Under the pieces are notes generated by a model that saw only the letters and a program-made list of their open reading frames with translations, did not search any database and was not told the origin of the DNA. The position numbers were made by a program, and so were the translations under genes. From Sphingobacteriia bacterium (GTDB lineage: Bacteria > Bacteroidota > Bacteroidia > Bacteroidales > UBA7960), in assembly GCA_011390785.1 (NCBI GenBank), contig JAABRR010000018.1:13208-77207 (forward strand): DNA of 64,000 nucleotides, read 5' to 3'. Shown one piece after another: positions 39,033 to 49,506 of the stretch; position 1 is the stretch's first letter, and every line of letters begins with the position of its first letter.

Positions 39033-39309
39033 GCATTTCCAGTAATGCTGCAAAGGTGCAAAAATTATTTTAATATACAGGGCAGAAAAGGGCCTTTGCA
39101 TCACCCTGCTTTTCACATTTATATTTTACTGTACGTAAACGAACAGTGTATTAGTAATACCGTACACTAAAACACAGTGATTGTTTTCCTATTAGCTTGT
39201 TATGATCAATGTAACAAATTATAATAGAGATAGATATGAATTATGGCACAGTAACTGGTTATTAAATGATAAATAAATAACCAAACTTAAAACCTAAAAA
39301 TTTACAGAT

Positions 39310-39693
39310 ATGAAAGCAATAGCAAAAATTACCACCGCAGCAGCAATGATCATCCTTTTTACCAATGTTTCCATGGGAGGTTCCTTCCAAAAATTCAAAA
39401 TGTTTATTAATGACAGCAGAGCAGTTGAGGTTTGGTCGAAGGTAGAATCTGTTGTTGATGATAACATGATTTTACTAAACGTGGGTGTAAGCAAACAAGG
39501 AAGAAATGTTTCTGATGTTTTATTCGTACCCGTAAAAGAAGAAATGCCAGTAAATGAAGATTTGGTAACTGATGAAACAAGGAATCTGAGAGTTTCTAAT
39601 GATGAGCTCAAAACTTTATTAAAGACCATCAGCAAACCAGAAGAGCTTGTTGAAGAAGCCTTTCTAAACGGTTCTGTGAGTTATACTAAATAA
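39310..39693 (+). CDS. Hypothetical small secreted protein
   Basis: Signal-peptide-like N-terminus, followed by an intrinsic terminator. No family was recognised. Confidence 0.5.
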   Translation: MKAIAKITTAAAMIILFTNVSMGGSFQKFKMFINDSRAVEVWSKVESVVDDNMILLNVGVSKQGRNVSDVLFVPVKEEMPVNEDLVTDETRNLRVSNDELKTLLKTISKPEELVEEAFLNGSVSYTK

Positions 39694-39728
39694 TCCACAA
39701 TAAATACCAAATGCAACCATGATGAAAG

Positions 39729-39753
39729 AACCTGTCTTATGGCAGGTTTTTTC
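39729..39753 (+). terminator. Intrinsic terminator
   Basis: AACCTG (39729-39734) pairs with CAGGTT (39743-39748), followed by a T-run. Confidence 0.65.
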
Positions 39754-39902
39754 TTTTCTGTGCTGTAACCTTTTCAAAACTTATTAACTTTAATCTTTGT
39801 TATTTGATATTCTATTATAAATAAATTCAGATGTTTTCTTTCAGTTTTTTATTAATGATAACTATAACAGAATTAAAGTTTACTCAGTTAAAATGATATC
39901 CC

Positions 39903-40331
39903 ATGAACATTATGAATTCAATTATTAAGAGTCTCCTTCTTGCTACTATGGTTATTTTAATTTCCTGCGAAAAAGATGAAGAGGTATCGGAGCGTTTCAG
40001 ATTGCTTACAGATAATTTATGGACATCAGATAGTTTACTCATCAATGGGTTAGATGCCAGTGGGCCTGGAGAACTTTTAGAAAATTTTAAAGGACAGGCA
40101 AATTTCCGTGAAGATGGCACCGGTTCTTTTGGTGGTTATGAAGGTACCTGGCGTTTTGCCAATAGTGAAAAAGAATTGGTAATCCTTTCTGATAGTCTTC
40201 CTGTTCCACAGTTAAGTACCAACATTTTGGAATTATCGCAGGAGTCTTTAAAAGTAACTACTTCTTTCCCCAATTTTCAAGACCCATCCAATCCCATCCT
40301 GCAAATCCGGCTTACATTTAAAGCGCTATAA
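39903..40331 (+). CDS. Lipocalin-like-domain lipoprotein
   Basis: Lipobox LISCEKD. LWTSDSLLING ... GTWRFANSEKELVI ... ILELSQESLKV is the pattern of small lipocalin-like Bacteroidota lipoproteins. Its stop overlaps the next ATG (TAATG). Confidence 0.6.
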   Translation: MNIMNSIIKSLLLATMVILISCEKDEEVSERFRLLTDNLWTSDSLLINGLDASGPGELLENFKGQANFREDGTGSFGGYEGTWRFANSEKELVILSDSLPVPQLSTNILELSQESLKVTTSFPNFQDPSNPILQIRLTFKAL

Positions 40332-42583
40332 TGAAAATCTGCCTGGTTGCCTTTTTATTCTCAGTTTTATTCTCAGTTTCTTATGGACAGCAGGCACTTG
40401 TTGGGGGTAAGGTAACTGATGCTTCTTCCGGAGAACCTTTACCGGGGGCTGGTATCATTTGGCAAACAGGGAGAGGCACTGTGAGTAATGAGAAGGGCAT
40501 CTTTAACCTTGATATTCCAGCGGGTGAGCAGGTAATTCAATTCCAATATCTGGGCTATAAGTCAAAGAGCGAAAAACTAATGCTTAACCCCGGAGATACC
40601 TTGTGGCTTTTGATTTACCTCGAGCAGGAATCTGCTCAAATTGATCAGGTTGTTGTAACTGCAGGCAGGGTATCACAAAGAGTGGCAGAATCAACAGTTT
40701 CTATGAGTATCATAAGGCCTGCACAAATTACTTCGGGGCACATCAATAATGCCCATGAATTGATAAATCGCAGCCCGGGTATCGAAGTAATTGATGGGCA
40801 GGCATCGGTGCGTGGAGGTAGTGGTTTCAGTTATGGCGCCGGATCGAGAGTATTAACACTTCTTGATGGGTTGCCTATATTAGCCGCAGATGCATCTAAT
40901 ATTCGTTGGCAATTTCTACCCTTCGAAAATATTGAACAAATCGAAATTATCAAAGGAGCTTCTTCCGTACTTTATGGCTCATCAGCGCTAAATGGGGTAA
41001 TCAATTTCAGAACAGCCAGGGCATCTGAAGCAGGAAAAACAACCTTTTTTGCTGAAACAGGTTTGTTTGACCAACCCAGAAATAAAGACTGGCAATGGTG
41101 GGAAAGTACTAATCCCAGATTATTTCATTCCGGTTCGTTTTCCCATATTAAAAAATACAATAATACAGATTTAGGAATAGGGTTGTTTGGTTTAAAGGAC
41201 GATGGATATAGAAGCCTTAATCATGAAAATCTGGCCCGCGTTAATCTAACACTCCGTCATGTCCACCCCAAAAAACAAGGACTTGAATATGGCATTAATA
41301 CTCTGGCAGGTTTTACTGATAAGAGAGACTTTCTGTTATGGGAAAATGCCTTAACCGGCGCCTTGCGACAAAATGATTCAACGGCTATCAATCTCAAAAG
41401 CATCTTTATTGCTATAGATCCCTTTTTCAGCTTTGATTCCGGAGGTATGATCAATCATAACCTGCGCACCCGATTTCAAATGAGCGATAATAAATTTCCT
41501 GATGCACCCAACAATGAAAGCCTTGCGTTATCATCTTTTGCCGAATATCAGGCACTGATTAAGCTTCCCTACGGATTTAACATTAACACTGGAATTTCTC
41601 AATACATTTCTCGGGTAAAGTCTCTTTTTTATGGTAATCATTCAGCCTATAATCTGGCAGCCTACTCGCAGGCCGATGCAAAGGTAAATAAAAAAATGAC
41701 CATTGTTGGCGGTGTAAGGCTGGAATTCAACAGCCTTAATGGTGTTGCAGATAGGCTTATTCCATTGTTTAGAGCCGGAATTAATTACATGGCTTTAAGT
41801 TATACATTTTTAAGAGCTTCTTATGGACAGGGCTACAGGTATCCTTCTATAGCCGAAAAACACGCTTCTACCACCTTAGGAGCCATTAGAATATTTCCTA
41901 ATTCTGAGATAAAACCAGAATCTGGATGGAATGCAGAGTTGGGTATAAAACAAGGAATCGCTTTTAAACAGTGGGATGGATTGCTGGATTTGGCTATATT
42001 TTATTCGCAAAATAAGGATATGATTGAGTATCTATTCGGTGTTTACCCTGACCAGGTTTCTGGGTTGTCGATGCCGGGTTTCAGGGCTGATAATACTGAA
42101 TACTCAAGAGTTTACGGAACCGAAACAGAATTTATGTTTATCAGGAATTTTAACAATTATGAGCATACCTTTAGTGGAGGCTATCTGTTTGTTTGGCCAG
42201 TAGAGTTTAATTATGCTACTGGTCTCAATAAAGATGTTTTCTTAAAATACAGGCGCAAACACTCGACTCGCATAAGTTTTCAAACCCGAAAAGGGGATAT
42301 CGAAACAGGAACTAATATTTTTTACCGGTCTGCTATGCTGAATATAGACGATGTGTTTGTGAACCCTGGCACACGTGAAACTATTCTTCCGGGATTTTAT
42401 GATTATTGGCAGAAAAAAAACACCGGTTATTTTTTGATGGATATTAACATTGGGTATTACATAAGCAAATTTTATAAGGTTTCATTGGTGGTAAAAAATG
42501 TAACAAATACTGAATATATGGGCAGGCCCGGGGATGTAAGGCCACACAGGAATTTTACTCTTAGAATAAGTGGGATGTTTTAA
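40331..42583 (+). CDS. TonB-dependent receptor with N-terminal CarboxypepD_reg domain
   Basis: GGKVTDASSGEPLPGAGIIW...VIQFQYLGYKS is CarboxypepD_reg. The plug is IEIIKGASSVLYGSSALNGVINF. The C-terminal beta-signal is FTLRISGMF. Confidence 0.9.
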   Translation: MKICLVAFLFSVLFSVSYGQQALVGGKVTDASSGEPLPGAGIIWQTGRGTVSNEKGIFNLDIPAGEQVIQFQYLGYKSKSEKLMLNPGDTLWLLIYLEQESAQIDQVVVTAGRVSQRVAESTVSMSIIRPAQITSGHINNAHELINRSPGIEVIDGQASVRGGSGFSYGAGSRVLTLLDGLPILAADASNIRWQFLPFENIEQIEIIKGASSVLYGSSALNGVINFRTARASEAGKTTFFAETGLFDQPRNKDWQWWESTNPRLFHSGSFSHIKKYNNTDLGIGLFGLKDDGYRSLNHENLARVNLTLRHVHPKKQGLEYGINTLAGFTDKRDFLLWENALTGALRQNDSTAINLKSIFIAIDPFFSFDSGGMINHNLRTRFQMSDNKFPDAPNNESLALSSFAEYQALIKLPYGFNINTGISQYISRVKSLFYGNHSAYNLAAYSQADAKVNKKMTIVGGVRLEFNSLNGVADRLIPLFRAGINYMALSYTFLRASYGQGYRYPSIAEKHASTTLGAIRIFPNSEIKPESGWNAELGIKQGIAFKQWDGLLDLAIFYSQNKDMIEYLFGVYPDQVSGLSMPGFRADNTEYSRVYGTETEFMFIRNFNNYEHTFSGGYLFVWPVEFNYATGLNKDVFLKYRRKHSTRISFQTRKGDIETGTNIFYRSAMLNIDDVFVNPGTRETILPGFYDYWQKKNTGYFLMDINIGYYISKFYKVSLVVKNVTNTEYMGRPGDVRPHRNFTLRISGMF

Positions 42584-42658
42584 TTTCATGATTTTTCGCT
42601 AAATTTGTTGCAGCATTTTTCTGAATTTCTATACAATACAATAGATAAAAATTTCAAT

Positions 42659-43051
42659 ATGAGTAAATTTACTCTCCTTTTTTTGGCTATTGCCTTTGTG
42701 GCCTCTTTTAATTCTTGTTCCAAAAGCAAGAATGATCTGTTAAAAGGTTCCTGGGAACGGGTGAATGTTGAAAACATTAACGACATTTACATGTATGTGT
42801 GGGAGTTTAACAACGGTGATCTTACCATGAAGAGAAATCCAAAAACAGATCCTGGTTCTGTGACAATTACCGATACAGGAATCTACGTTCTCGAAACCAA
42901 TCCCGTAGGTACAAAATTGCAAATTATTGACACTTCGAGTGAGCTATATAATGATCGTTGGGACGTTTTAAAGCTCACCAATGAGCAAATGATCATTAAG
43001 CTTGATATAGAAGGAGGAGTATTGTATAAGGAGTTTGTGAAAATATTTTGA
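42659..43051 (+). CDS. Lipocalin-like-domain lipoprotein
   Basis: Lipobox SFNSCSKS. LLKGSWERVN ... RWDVLKLTNEQMIIKL. The ATG at 42659 is preferred over the track start at 42605. Confidence 0.6.
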   Translation: MSKFTLLFLAIAFVASFNSCSKSKNDLLKGSWERVNVENINDIYMYVWEFNNGDLTMKRNPKTDPGSVTITDTGIYVLETNPVGTKLQIIDTSSELYNDRWDVLKLTNEQMIIKLDIEGGVLYKEFVKIF

Positions 43052-43102
43052 CAGGATTAAAAACTTTTAGTAATTTTAAAGCCTTGTTTTCATGGTTGCA
43101 AA

Positions 43103-43150
43103 GGGAAAACCCTCTAAGCTTTTAAGCCAACGGTTTTCCCTTTCTCTTTT
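43103..43150 (+). terminator. Intrinsic terminator
   Basis: GGGAAAACC (43103-43111) pairs with GGTTTTCCC (43132-43140), followed by a T-rich tract. Confidence 0.7.
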
Positions 43151-43164
43151 ATATCCCTTCCTAA

Positions 43165-44532
43165 ATGGCCAAAGTAAAGACAGCATTTTTTTGTCAGGAA
43201 TGTGGTGCCCAATCAGCTAAATGGATTGGCAAATGCCCATCTTGTGGCGAATGGAATACCTATGTTGAAGAAGTAATCGAGAAACCAACTCCAGGAAATT
43301 CCTTAAGAGCCAGTCAAAAACTGGCAACTTCCAGGCCGCGATTAATTGCAGATATTGAAGCCCGTGAAGAACAACGTTTTACTTCGGCTAATAAAGAGCT
43401 TGATCGTGTTTTGGGTGGTGGTATCGTTCCCGGTGCCCTGATTTTAGTTGGGGGCGAACCTGGCATCGGAAAATCTACTCTTATGCTGCAGGTTGCCTTA
43501 AATATTCCGAATAAAAAGGTACTTTACATTTCAGGCGAGGAGAGCGACCTGCAAATTAAAATGCGTGCCCAACGGTTGGGACTTACCGATTCGAACTGCT
43601 ATATTCTTACCGAAACCAATACCGAAACCATTTTTCATCATATTAACGATGTAAACCCTGATCTTTTGGTTATTGATTCTGTTCAAACCCTTACTACCCC
43701 AAGTATTGAATCCTCGGCCGGTAGTATTTCACAAATAAGGGAGTGTTCTTCTGAGTTTCAGAAATTTTCGAAAGAGAATGGCATCCCGGTTTTTCTTATA
43801 GGGCATATTACCAAAGAAGGATCGCTGGCAGGGCCTAAACTTCTGGAGCACATGGTAGATACCGTATTACAGTTTGAAGGCGATCACAATCACATGTACC
43901 GGATATTACGTTCGCAGAAGAACCGCTTTGGTTCAACCTCGGAACTGGGTATTTTTGAAATGCGCAACGATGGGCTGAGGGAAGTATCCAATCCATCAGA
44001 AATATTACTTACCCATCGCGATGAGCCAATGAGTGGAATTACCGTTTCTGCTACTATTGAAGGAATGCGGCCCATTATGATCGAAACTCAGGCACTCATA
44101 AGCACTGCAGCCTACGGGACGCCGCAAAGATCATCAACCGGTTTTGATGTAAGACGCTTAAATATGCTCCTGGCCGTTCTCGAGAAAAGATGTGGTTTCC
44201 GGCTTAGCATTAAAGATGTTTTTCTGAATATTACCGGCGGTTTGCGGGTTGACGACCCAGCTATTGACCTGGGAGTGATCTGTGCTATTCTCTCCTCATC
44301 AGAAGATGTTGCGGTGAGCGATAAGGCTTGCTTTGCTGCCGAAGTTGGACTTACAGGAGAAATTCGGCCTGTTAATAGGATTGAACAACGTATTGCCGAA
44401 GCACAGAAACTGGGGTTCGAAGAAATTTTCATCTCCAGGTATAGCCTGAAGGGGATCGATGTTAAATCATTGGGAATCAAGATTCATTCAGTTGCTAAAG
44501 TGGAAGAAGTATTCTCTATTCTTTTTGGCTAA
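43165..44532 (+). CDS. radA: DNA repair protein RadA
   Basis: The zinc ribbon is CQECGAQSAKWIGKCPSCGEWNT. Walker A is GGEPGIGKST. KNRFG and a Lon-like C-terminal domain are present. Confidence 0.95.
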   Translation: MAKVKTAFFCQECGAQSAKWIGKCPSCGEWNTYVEEVIEKPTPGNSLRASQKLATSRPRLIADIEAREEQRFTSANKELDRVLGGGIVPGALILVGGEPGIGKSTLMLQVALNIPNKKVLYISGEESDLQIKMRAQRLGLTDSNCYILTETNTETIFHHINDVNPDLLVIDSVQTLTTPSIESSAGSISQIRECSSEFQKFSKENGIPVFLIGHITKEGSLAGPKLLEHMVDTVLQFEGDHNHMYRILRSQKNRFGSTSELGIFEMRNDGLREVSNPSEILLTHRDEPMSGITVSATIEGMRPIMIETQALISTAAYGTPQRSSTGFDVRRLNMLLAVLEKRCGFRLSIKDVFLNITGGLRVDDPAIDLGVICAILSSSEDVAVSDKACFAAEVGLTGEIRPVNRIEQRIAEAQKLGFEEIFISRYSLKGIDVKSLGIKIHSVAKVEEVFSILFG

Positions 44533-44793
44533 ATTTTCCGGATTATTAAAGGCATACCTAGCCATTTAAAAAATCATTAACTGTTAAGGTATATAGGCTG
44601 TAGAGTGATAGAGTTTAGGAATTCACCAGATATTATTAATCCAAGTGTAGTTCAACCTGCTGACGAAGCATATTTTAATAAAAATATCTAATGAGAAAGA
44701 GTGTCAGGTGCATAAAATAGATTTTTTTCAATATTCAAAAAGCCTTCGGCATTCAGCCTAAATAATCTGAGTAGTTGCGAAAATCATTGTCTC

Positions 44794-45654
44794 CTAATGG
44801 TTTACCAGTAAATCTTCCAAAGCTTTATCCAGCGCAGGAAATTCAAACTGAAATCCTTCATTAAGCAAATTTTCCGGAATTACATTTTGACCATTAAGCA
44901 AAGCAACTGAACCTTCACCAAATAAGAGCTTTATTGCCAAACCAGGTACAGCAAGTAAATTGGGCCGGTTCAGTTTTCGGGCAAGAACAGATGAAAACTC
45001 AGCGTTAGAAACCGGAAACGGTGCAGTAAAATTAAATACTTTTTTATCAGGAAGTTTCATAATTAGAAAATCCATAGCTTTCACAAAATCTTTGATATGT
45101 ATCCAGGAAGTCATCTGATGTCCATTTCCTAATTTTCCACCAACAAAAAGCTTAAAGGGAAGTGCCATTTGTGGCAGGGCACCACCATTTTTTCCCAGCA
45201 CAATACCAATGCGAATGTTATATGTTGCCGAGTGTATTCTTGCTCTTTGAGATTCTTCTTCCCATTTTTGACAAAGCAAACCCAGAAAATCATTATCGAA
45301 AGTATTTTTTTCTTCCGTATTTATTCCATGCCTATCGTAAATCCCAACAGCTGAAGCAGAAAAAAAAGCCTTAGGCTTTTCATGGGTTACTGCAATTGCA
45401 TCAGTTAACTGGCGGGTGGTAATAATCCGACTATCCCAGAGTTTTTTACTGTAACTTTTAGTCCATCTTTTAATTATAGGTGCTCCTGCAAGATTGATTA
45501 GCACATCGGATCCTGAAATTAATGTTGCCAAATGCGAAATACCTTTTTCAAAATCGGTTCTTCCTATTCCTGAAACTTCATAACCCTTTTTCGAAAAATA
45601 TGAGGTAAGATTTTTACCTATAAACCCTGTTTTACCAGAAATTACTATTTTCAT
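44794..45654 (-). CDS. TIGR01777/YfcH-type NAD-dependent epimerase family protein
   Basis: The Rossmann N-terminus is MKIVISGKTGFIGKNL. The C-terminal region is DUF1731-like. Confidence 0.7.
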   Translation of the reverse strand: MKIVISGKTGFIGKNLTSYFSKKGYEVSGIGRTDFEKGISHLATLISGSDVLINLAGAPIIKRWTKSYSKKLWDSRIITTRQLTDAIAVTHEKPKAFFSASAVGIYDRHGINTEEKNTFDNDFLGLLCQKWEEESQRARIHSATYNIRIGIVLGKNGGALPQMALPFKLFVGGKLGNGHQMTSWIHIKDFVKAMDFLIMKLPDKKVFNFTAPFPVSNAEFSSVLARKLNRPNLLAVPGLAIKLLFGEGSVALLNGQNVIPENLLNEGFQFEFPALDKALEDLLVNH

Positions 45655-45865
45655 TACAACCCTATTTTAATCTATTTTTTATGAAGCCAAACAATAGTTT
45701 GGTGCTTTTGTTTAAGATTGCTAATAGGATGATATGTAAAACATATCGAATATTTTTTACATCTGTAATAATAAAAAATTTCCGGCGTCTTATTGAATTG
45801 CACTTATCAAGCTGTTTAACCTATTGCCCAATCATATAAAAAATTCAACCAAAAAATCTCACCTT

Positions 45866-47302
45866 ATGCATAACAGAATTTTGATTATTTTTCTGATACT
45901 TGTAATTCTAAGTGCTTTATCTGCGAAAGTGACCATTGCACAATCTTACACAGATTACACCCTTGAACAATGTATAGATCAGGCTTGGTCAAATAATCTT
46001 CAGTTGCAACAACAAAAGCTATCAGTAGATCTGGCAGAGCAGAATCTTCTCCAGAGTCGGGCTTCAAGGTTTCCCAATTTAAATGGTAGTGCAGGCCATT
46101 CTTACAATTTTGGACGAACTGTTGATCCTTTTACCAACGATTTTGCTACTGAAACAGTACGTTCAAATAATTTCAGCCTTTCCAGCGGGTTCAATCTTTT
46201 TAGTGGTTTGCAAGTGCAAAATACCATTAAACAAAACCGTTTGGATCTGGAAGCCGGAAAACTTGATCTGGAATCCAGCTATAACGACGTTGCTCTGTTG
46301 GTTTCATCTGCCTATCTGCAAATACTTTTCAATCTTGAATTGGTTGAAAATGCAGCGAACCAAGCAGATATAACACGTTTACAGGTAGAAAGAACTACCA
46401 AGCTGGTTGATGCAGGAACACTTCCCCGAGGTTCTCTTTTTACCATACAGGCGCAATTGGCAACCGAAGAATTACAATTGGTGAATGCACAAAACCAGTT
46501 AGACCTTGCTTATCTTAATCTCCGGCAAATACTATTCCTACCAGAAGATGTTGAATTTACCATAGCTGTTCCTGAGATTGAAATGAATGAGACTGAAGAT
46601 TCTCCCTATTCACCCATGCTGGTATATGGTATTGCGGTACAGGAGCAACCACAAATAAGGTCAGCGGAGCTGCGTATTATGAGTGCAGAAAAAGGTCTTG
46701 CGGTGGCCAAAGGGAGCAGAAGCCCTTCTTTATCTATGAGAGGATCAATTGGTACCGGATATTCGGGAGCCAGCCTTGAAATTACTGATGTAATAATGAC
46801 AGATCCGGAAGTAATTGGACTAACAGCTTCGGGAGAGCAGGTTTTTGGACCAACCTTTGAATTTCAATCAAGGATCAAACCATTTAATGATCAGCTCTCG
46901 GATAACCTGAACCGAAGCCTGGGCTTTTTTCTAAGTGTTCCCATTTTTAACAATTTCCAGGTAAAAACCAATATAAGTCGTTCGCGTATCAATCTGGAAA
47001 ACGCAAGACTTCAAAACCAGATAGTTCGTGAGCAACTCTTTCAAACCATACAACAGGCTCATGCTGACGCAACCGCTGCTCTTAAACGCTACACTGCCAC
47101 TGAAAAAAATGTAACGGCACTTCAGGAATCTTTTCGTTATACAGAGCAAAGATTTAACGTGGGAATGGTAAATTCTCTTGAATATAATGATGCCAAAAAC
47201 CGTTTATCAACAGCAGAATCAGAGCTTCTGCAATCAAAATATGAATTCATTTTCCGGGTAAAAATCCTGGATTTCTATATGGGTGAACCCCTCTCATTTT
47301 AA
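45866..47302 (+). CDS. TolC-family outer-membrane efflux protein
   Basis: Signal peptide. LEQCIDQAWSNNLQLQQQKL and duplicated coiled-coil/beta repeats are present. The track start at 45824 is TTG, so the ATG at 45866 is preferred. Confidence 0.85.
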   Translation: MHNRILIIFLILVILSALSAKVTIAQSYTDYTLEQCIDQAWSNNLQLQQQKLSVDLAEQNLLQSRASRFPNLNGSAGHSYNFGRTVDPFTNDFATETVRSNNFSLSSGFNLFSGLQVQNTIKQNRLDLEAGKLDLESSYNDVALLVSSAYLQILFNLELVENAANQADITRLQVERTTKLVDAGTLPRGSLFTIQAQLATEELQLVNAQNQLDLAYLNLRQILFLPEDVEFTIAVPEIEMNETEDSPYSPMLVYGIAVQEQPQIRSAELRIMSAEKGLAVAKGSRSPSLSMRGSIGTGYSGASLEITDVIMTDPEVIGLTASGEQVFGPTFEFQSRIKPFNDQLSDNLNRSLGFFLSVPIFNNFQVKTNISRSRINLENARLQNQIVREQLFQTIQQAHADATAALKRYTATEKNVTALQESFRYTEQRFNVGMVNSLEYNDAKNRLSTAESELLQSKYEFIFRVKILDFYMGEPLSF

Positions 47303-47341
47303 TAAAACTAAATTTTAAGTAGCTAAACAGACCTATAAACT

Positions 47342-48685
47342 ATGAAGCAGAAAAGGATTTTAATATTAGCGAGCATCATTATTGTAATTTTACTTGTGAT
47401 AGTTCTTGTTGGGCGCAAGGCTGGATGGATCGGGGAACCCGCAGGGATTAAAGTAACTGTGGAAGCCATACAAAACCGCACCATTATAGAAACTGTAACC
47501 TCAAACGGTAAAGTGCAACCCGTTACTGAAGTAAAAATCAGCCCCGACGTTTCAGGAGAAATTGTGGAGCTACTGGTTAATGAAGGCGATTTTGTGCAGA
47601 AAGGGAGTATGCTGGTAAGGATTAATCCCGAAATTTACATGTCAGCACTTGATCGTGTTGAAGCTTCACTTAATACCAGTAAAGCCAATCTTGCCAATTC
47701 CAGGGCTCGTAAAGCCCAGGCCGAAGCTCAATTTATTAATGCTGAAGCAGCATTTAACAGAAGCAAAACACTCTATGAGCAGGATGCTATCTCCGAATCG
47801 GAGTTTGATTCTGCCCGGTCACAATTTCTTGTTGCCAAGGCTGAGGTGGAAGCAGGGAGTCAAAGTGTTGTTGCGGCTCAGTTTCAGGTACAAAGTGCTG
47901 AAGCTACACTGCGGGAGGCCCGGGAGAATCTTACCAAAACAAATATTTATGCGCCCATGGATGGAACGATTTCCCGACTGGATGCCGAACTCGGGGAAAG
48001 GGTAGTAGGGACATCACAATTTGCCGGTACCGAAATATTACGCATCGCCAATCTTAACGAAATGGAAGTATTGGTAGAAGTTAATGAAAATGATATTATC
48101 CGGGTTAATGAAGGAGATACTGCACTTATCGAAATTGATGCATATTTTAATCAACAATTCAAAGGTGTGGTAACTTCCATAGCCAACTCGGCACTCAACC
48201 AGATGGCTTCCGTTGATCAGGTAACCAATTTTGAAGTAAAAATAAAAATGTTGCCCGAGTCCTATGAACATCTTCTTCGCCCCGATCAACCTCATCTGTC
48301 ACCCTTCCGTCCGGGTATGTCGGCATCTGTAGATATTCAGACAGAAACAGCATACGATGTGTTAAGTATTCCTATTCAGGCAGTAACAACTCGAACAGAC
48401 GAAGAAAAAAACGAAACAGACTCACTATCTCAACAAGAAAACATTGTAAGTACAGGTACCCTGAGTAAAAAAGTACAGGAATTTGTGTTTGTGTACAACG
48501 AAGATGGTACAGTTACCCTTACCGCTGTAGAATCAGGTATTCAGGATAGTAACTTTATTCAGATTATATCAGGGCTTAATGTTGATGATGAAGTAGTTAC
48601 AGGACCATTCAGAGCCGTTTCGCGAAGTTTAAATGATGGAGACGTTGTTGAGAAAACAGAACGGGAGAATCTATTTTCGGAATAG
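47342..48685 (+). CDS. Efflux periplasmic adaptor (HlyD/MacA-type membrane fusion protein)
   Basis: An N-terminal TM is followed by the lipoyl-like VSGEIVELLVNEGDFVQKGSMLVRI, a long coiled-coil hairpin, and IYAPMDGTISRL. Confidence 0.85.
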   Translation: MKQKRILILASIIIVILLVIVLVGRKAGWIGEPAGIKVTVEAIQNRTIIETVTSNGKVQPVTEVKISPDVSGEIVELLVNEGDFVQKGSMLVRINPEIYMSALDRVEASLNTSKANLANSRARKAQAEAQFINAEAAFNRSKTLYEQDAISESEFDSARSQFLVAKAEVEAGSQSVVAAQFQVQSAEATLREARENLTKTNIYAPMDGTISRLDAELGERVVGTSQFAGTEILRIANLNEMEVLVEVNENDIIRVNEGDTALIEIDAYFNQQFKGVVTSIANSALNQMASVDQVTNFEVKIKMLPESYEHLLRPDQPHLSPFRPGMSASVDIQTETAYDVLSIPIQAVTTRTDEEKNETDSLSQQENIVSTGTLSKKVQEFVFVYNEDGTVTLTAVESGIQDSNFIQIISGLNVDDEVVTGPFRAVSRSLNDGDVVEKTERENLFSE

Positions 48686-48748
48686 TGAATTATTGAATTG
48701 GTTGCGAAAAGTGTAATTTTGCATCTACTTTCATTAATTTTGCTTTCT

Positions 48749-49444
48749 ATGCCCAATATCCTGCTTATTGAAACAGCCACAAGTATATGTTCTGTAGGAG
48801 TAATAAACCAGCATCAAAAACTTGCCATCAGGGAAGATAAATCAATGGAATATTCACATTCTTCACAGCTTACTTCTTTTATTGAGTCTGCTATTAAAGA
48901 AGTTAACCTGAATTTCTCTAATCTCGATGCGGTTGCTGTAAGCATGGGGCCGGGTTCTTACACTGGCTTACGTATTGGTGTATCTGTAGCCAAAGGACTT
49001 TGCTACGGACTTGACATTCCTCTCATTGCCATCAATTCGCTCTATGGATTAGCCTTAGTAGCGAGAGAAAACATTTTCACCCAGTATGATTACTATATTC
49101 CCATGATTGATGCCCGGCGCATGGAAGTTTACAATGCCGTTTACGACAACCATCTGAATATCATTAGGGAAACGATGGCAGAAATCATTGATGCCAATTC
49201 CTTTTCTTCATTTTTACAAAATGGCACAATGTGTATATTTGGAGATGGGGCTGGCAAATGCAAAGAAACACTTTTGCATCCCAGGATATCGATTTCTGAA
49301 AATATTTATCCATCTGTTAGAGGCCTTATAAAACCCGCTCTAAAGAAATTTTCAGAAAAGGATTTTGTAGATGTTGCCTATTTTGAGCCTTTTTATCTCA
49401 AAAATTTTGTTGCCGGAAAACCCCGTGTTAAAGGGCTTGAATAA
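48749..49444 (+). CDS. tsaB: tRNA t6A37 biosynthesis protein TsaB
   Basis: ILLIETATSICSVGV ... AVSMGPGSYTGLRIGVSVAKGL. Confidence 0.85.
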   Translation: MPNILLIETATSICSVGVINQHQKLAIREDKSMEYSHSSQLTSFIESAIKEVNLNFSNLDAVAVSMGPGSYTGLRIGVSVAKGLCYGLDIPLIAINSLYGLALVARENIFTQYDYYIPMIDARRMEVYNAVYDNHLNIIRETMAEIIDANSFSSFLQNGTMCIFGDGAGKCKETLLHPRISISENIYPSVRGLIKPALKKFSEKDFVDVAYFEPFYLKNFVAGKPRVKGLE

Positions 49445-49506
49445 ATGAATTTCAACTACCTTTACCATAATTTAATTATTAACTCCATTTCTATATTGCC
49501 GGCAAG

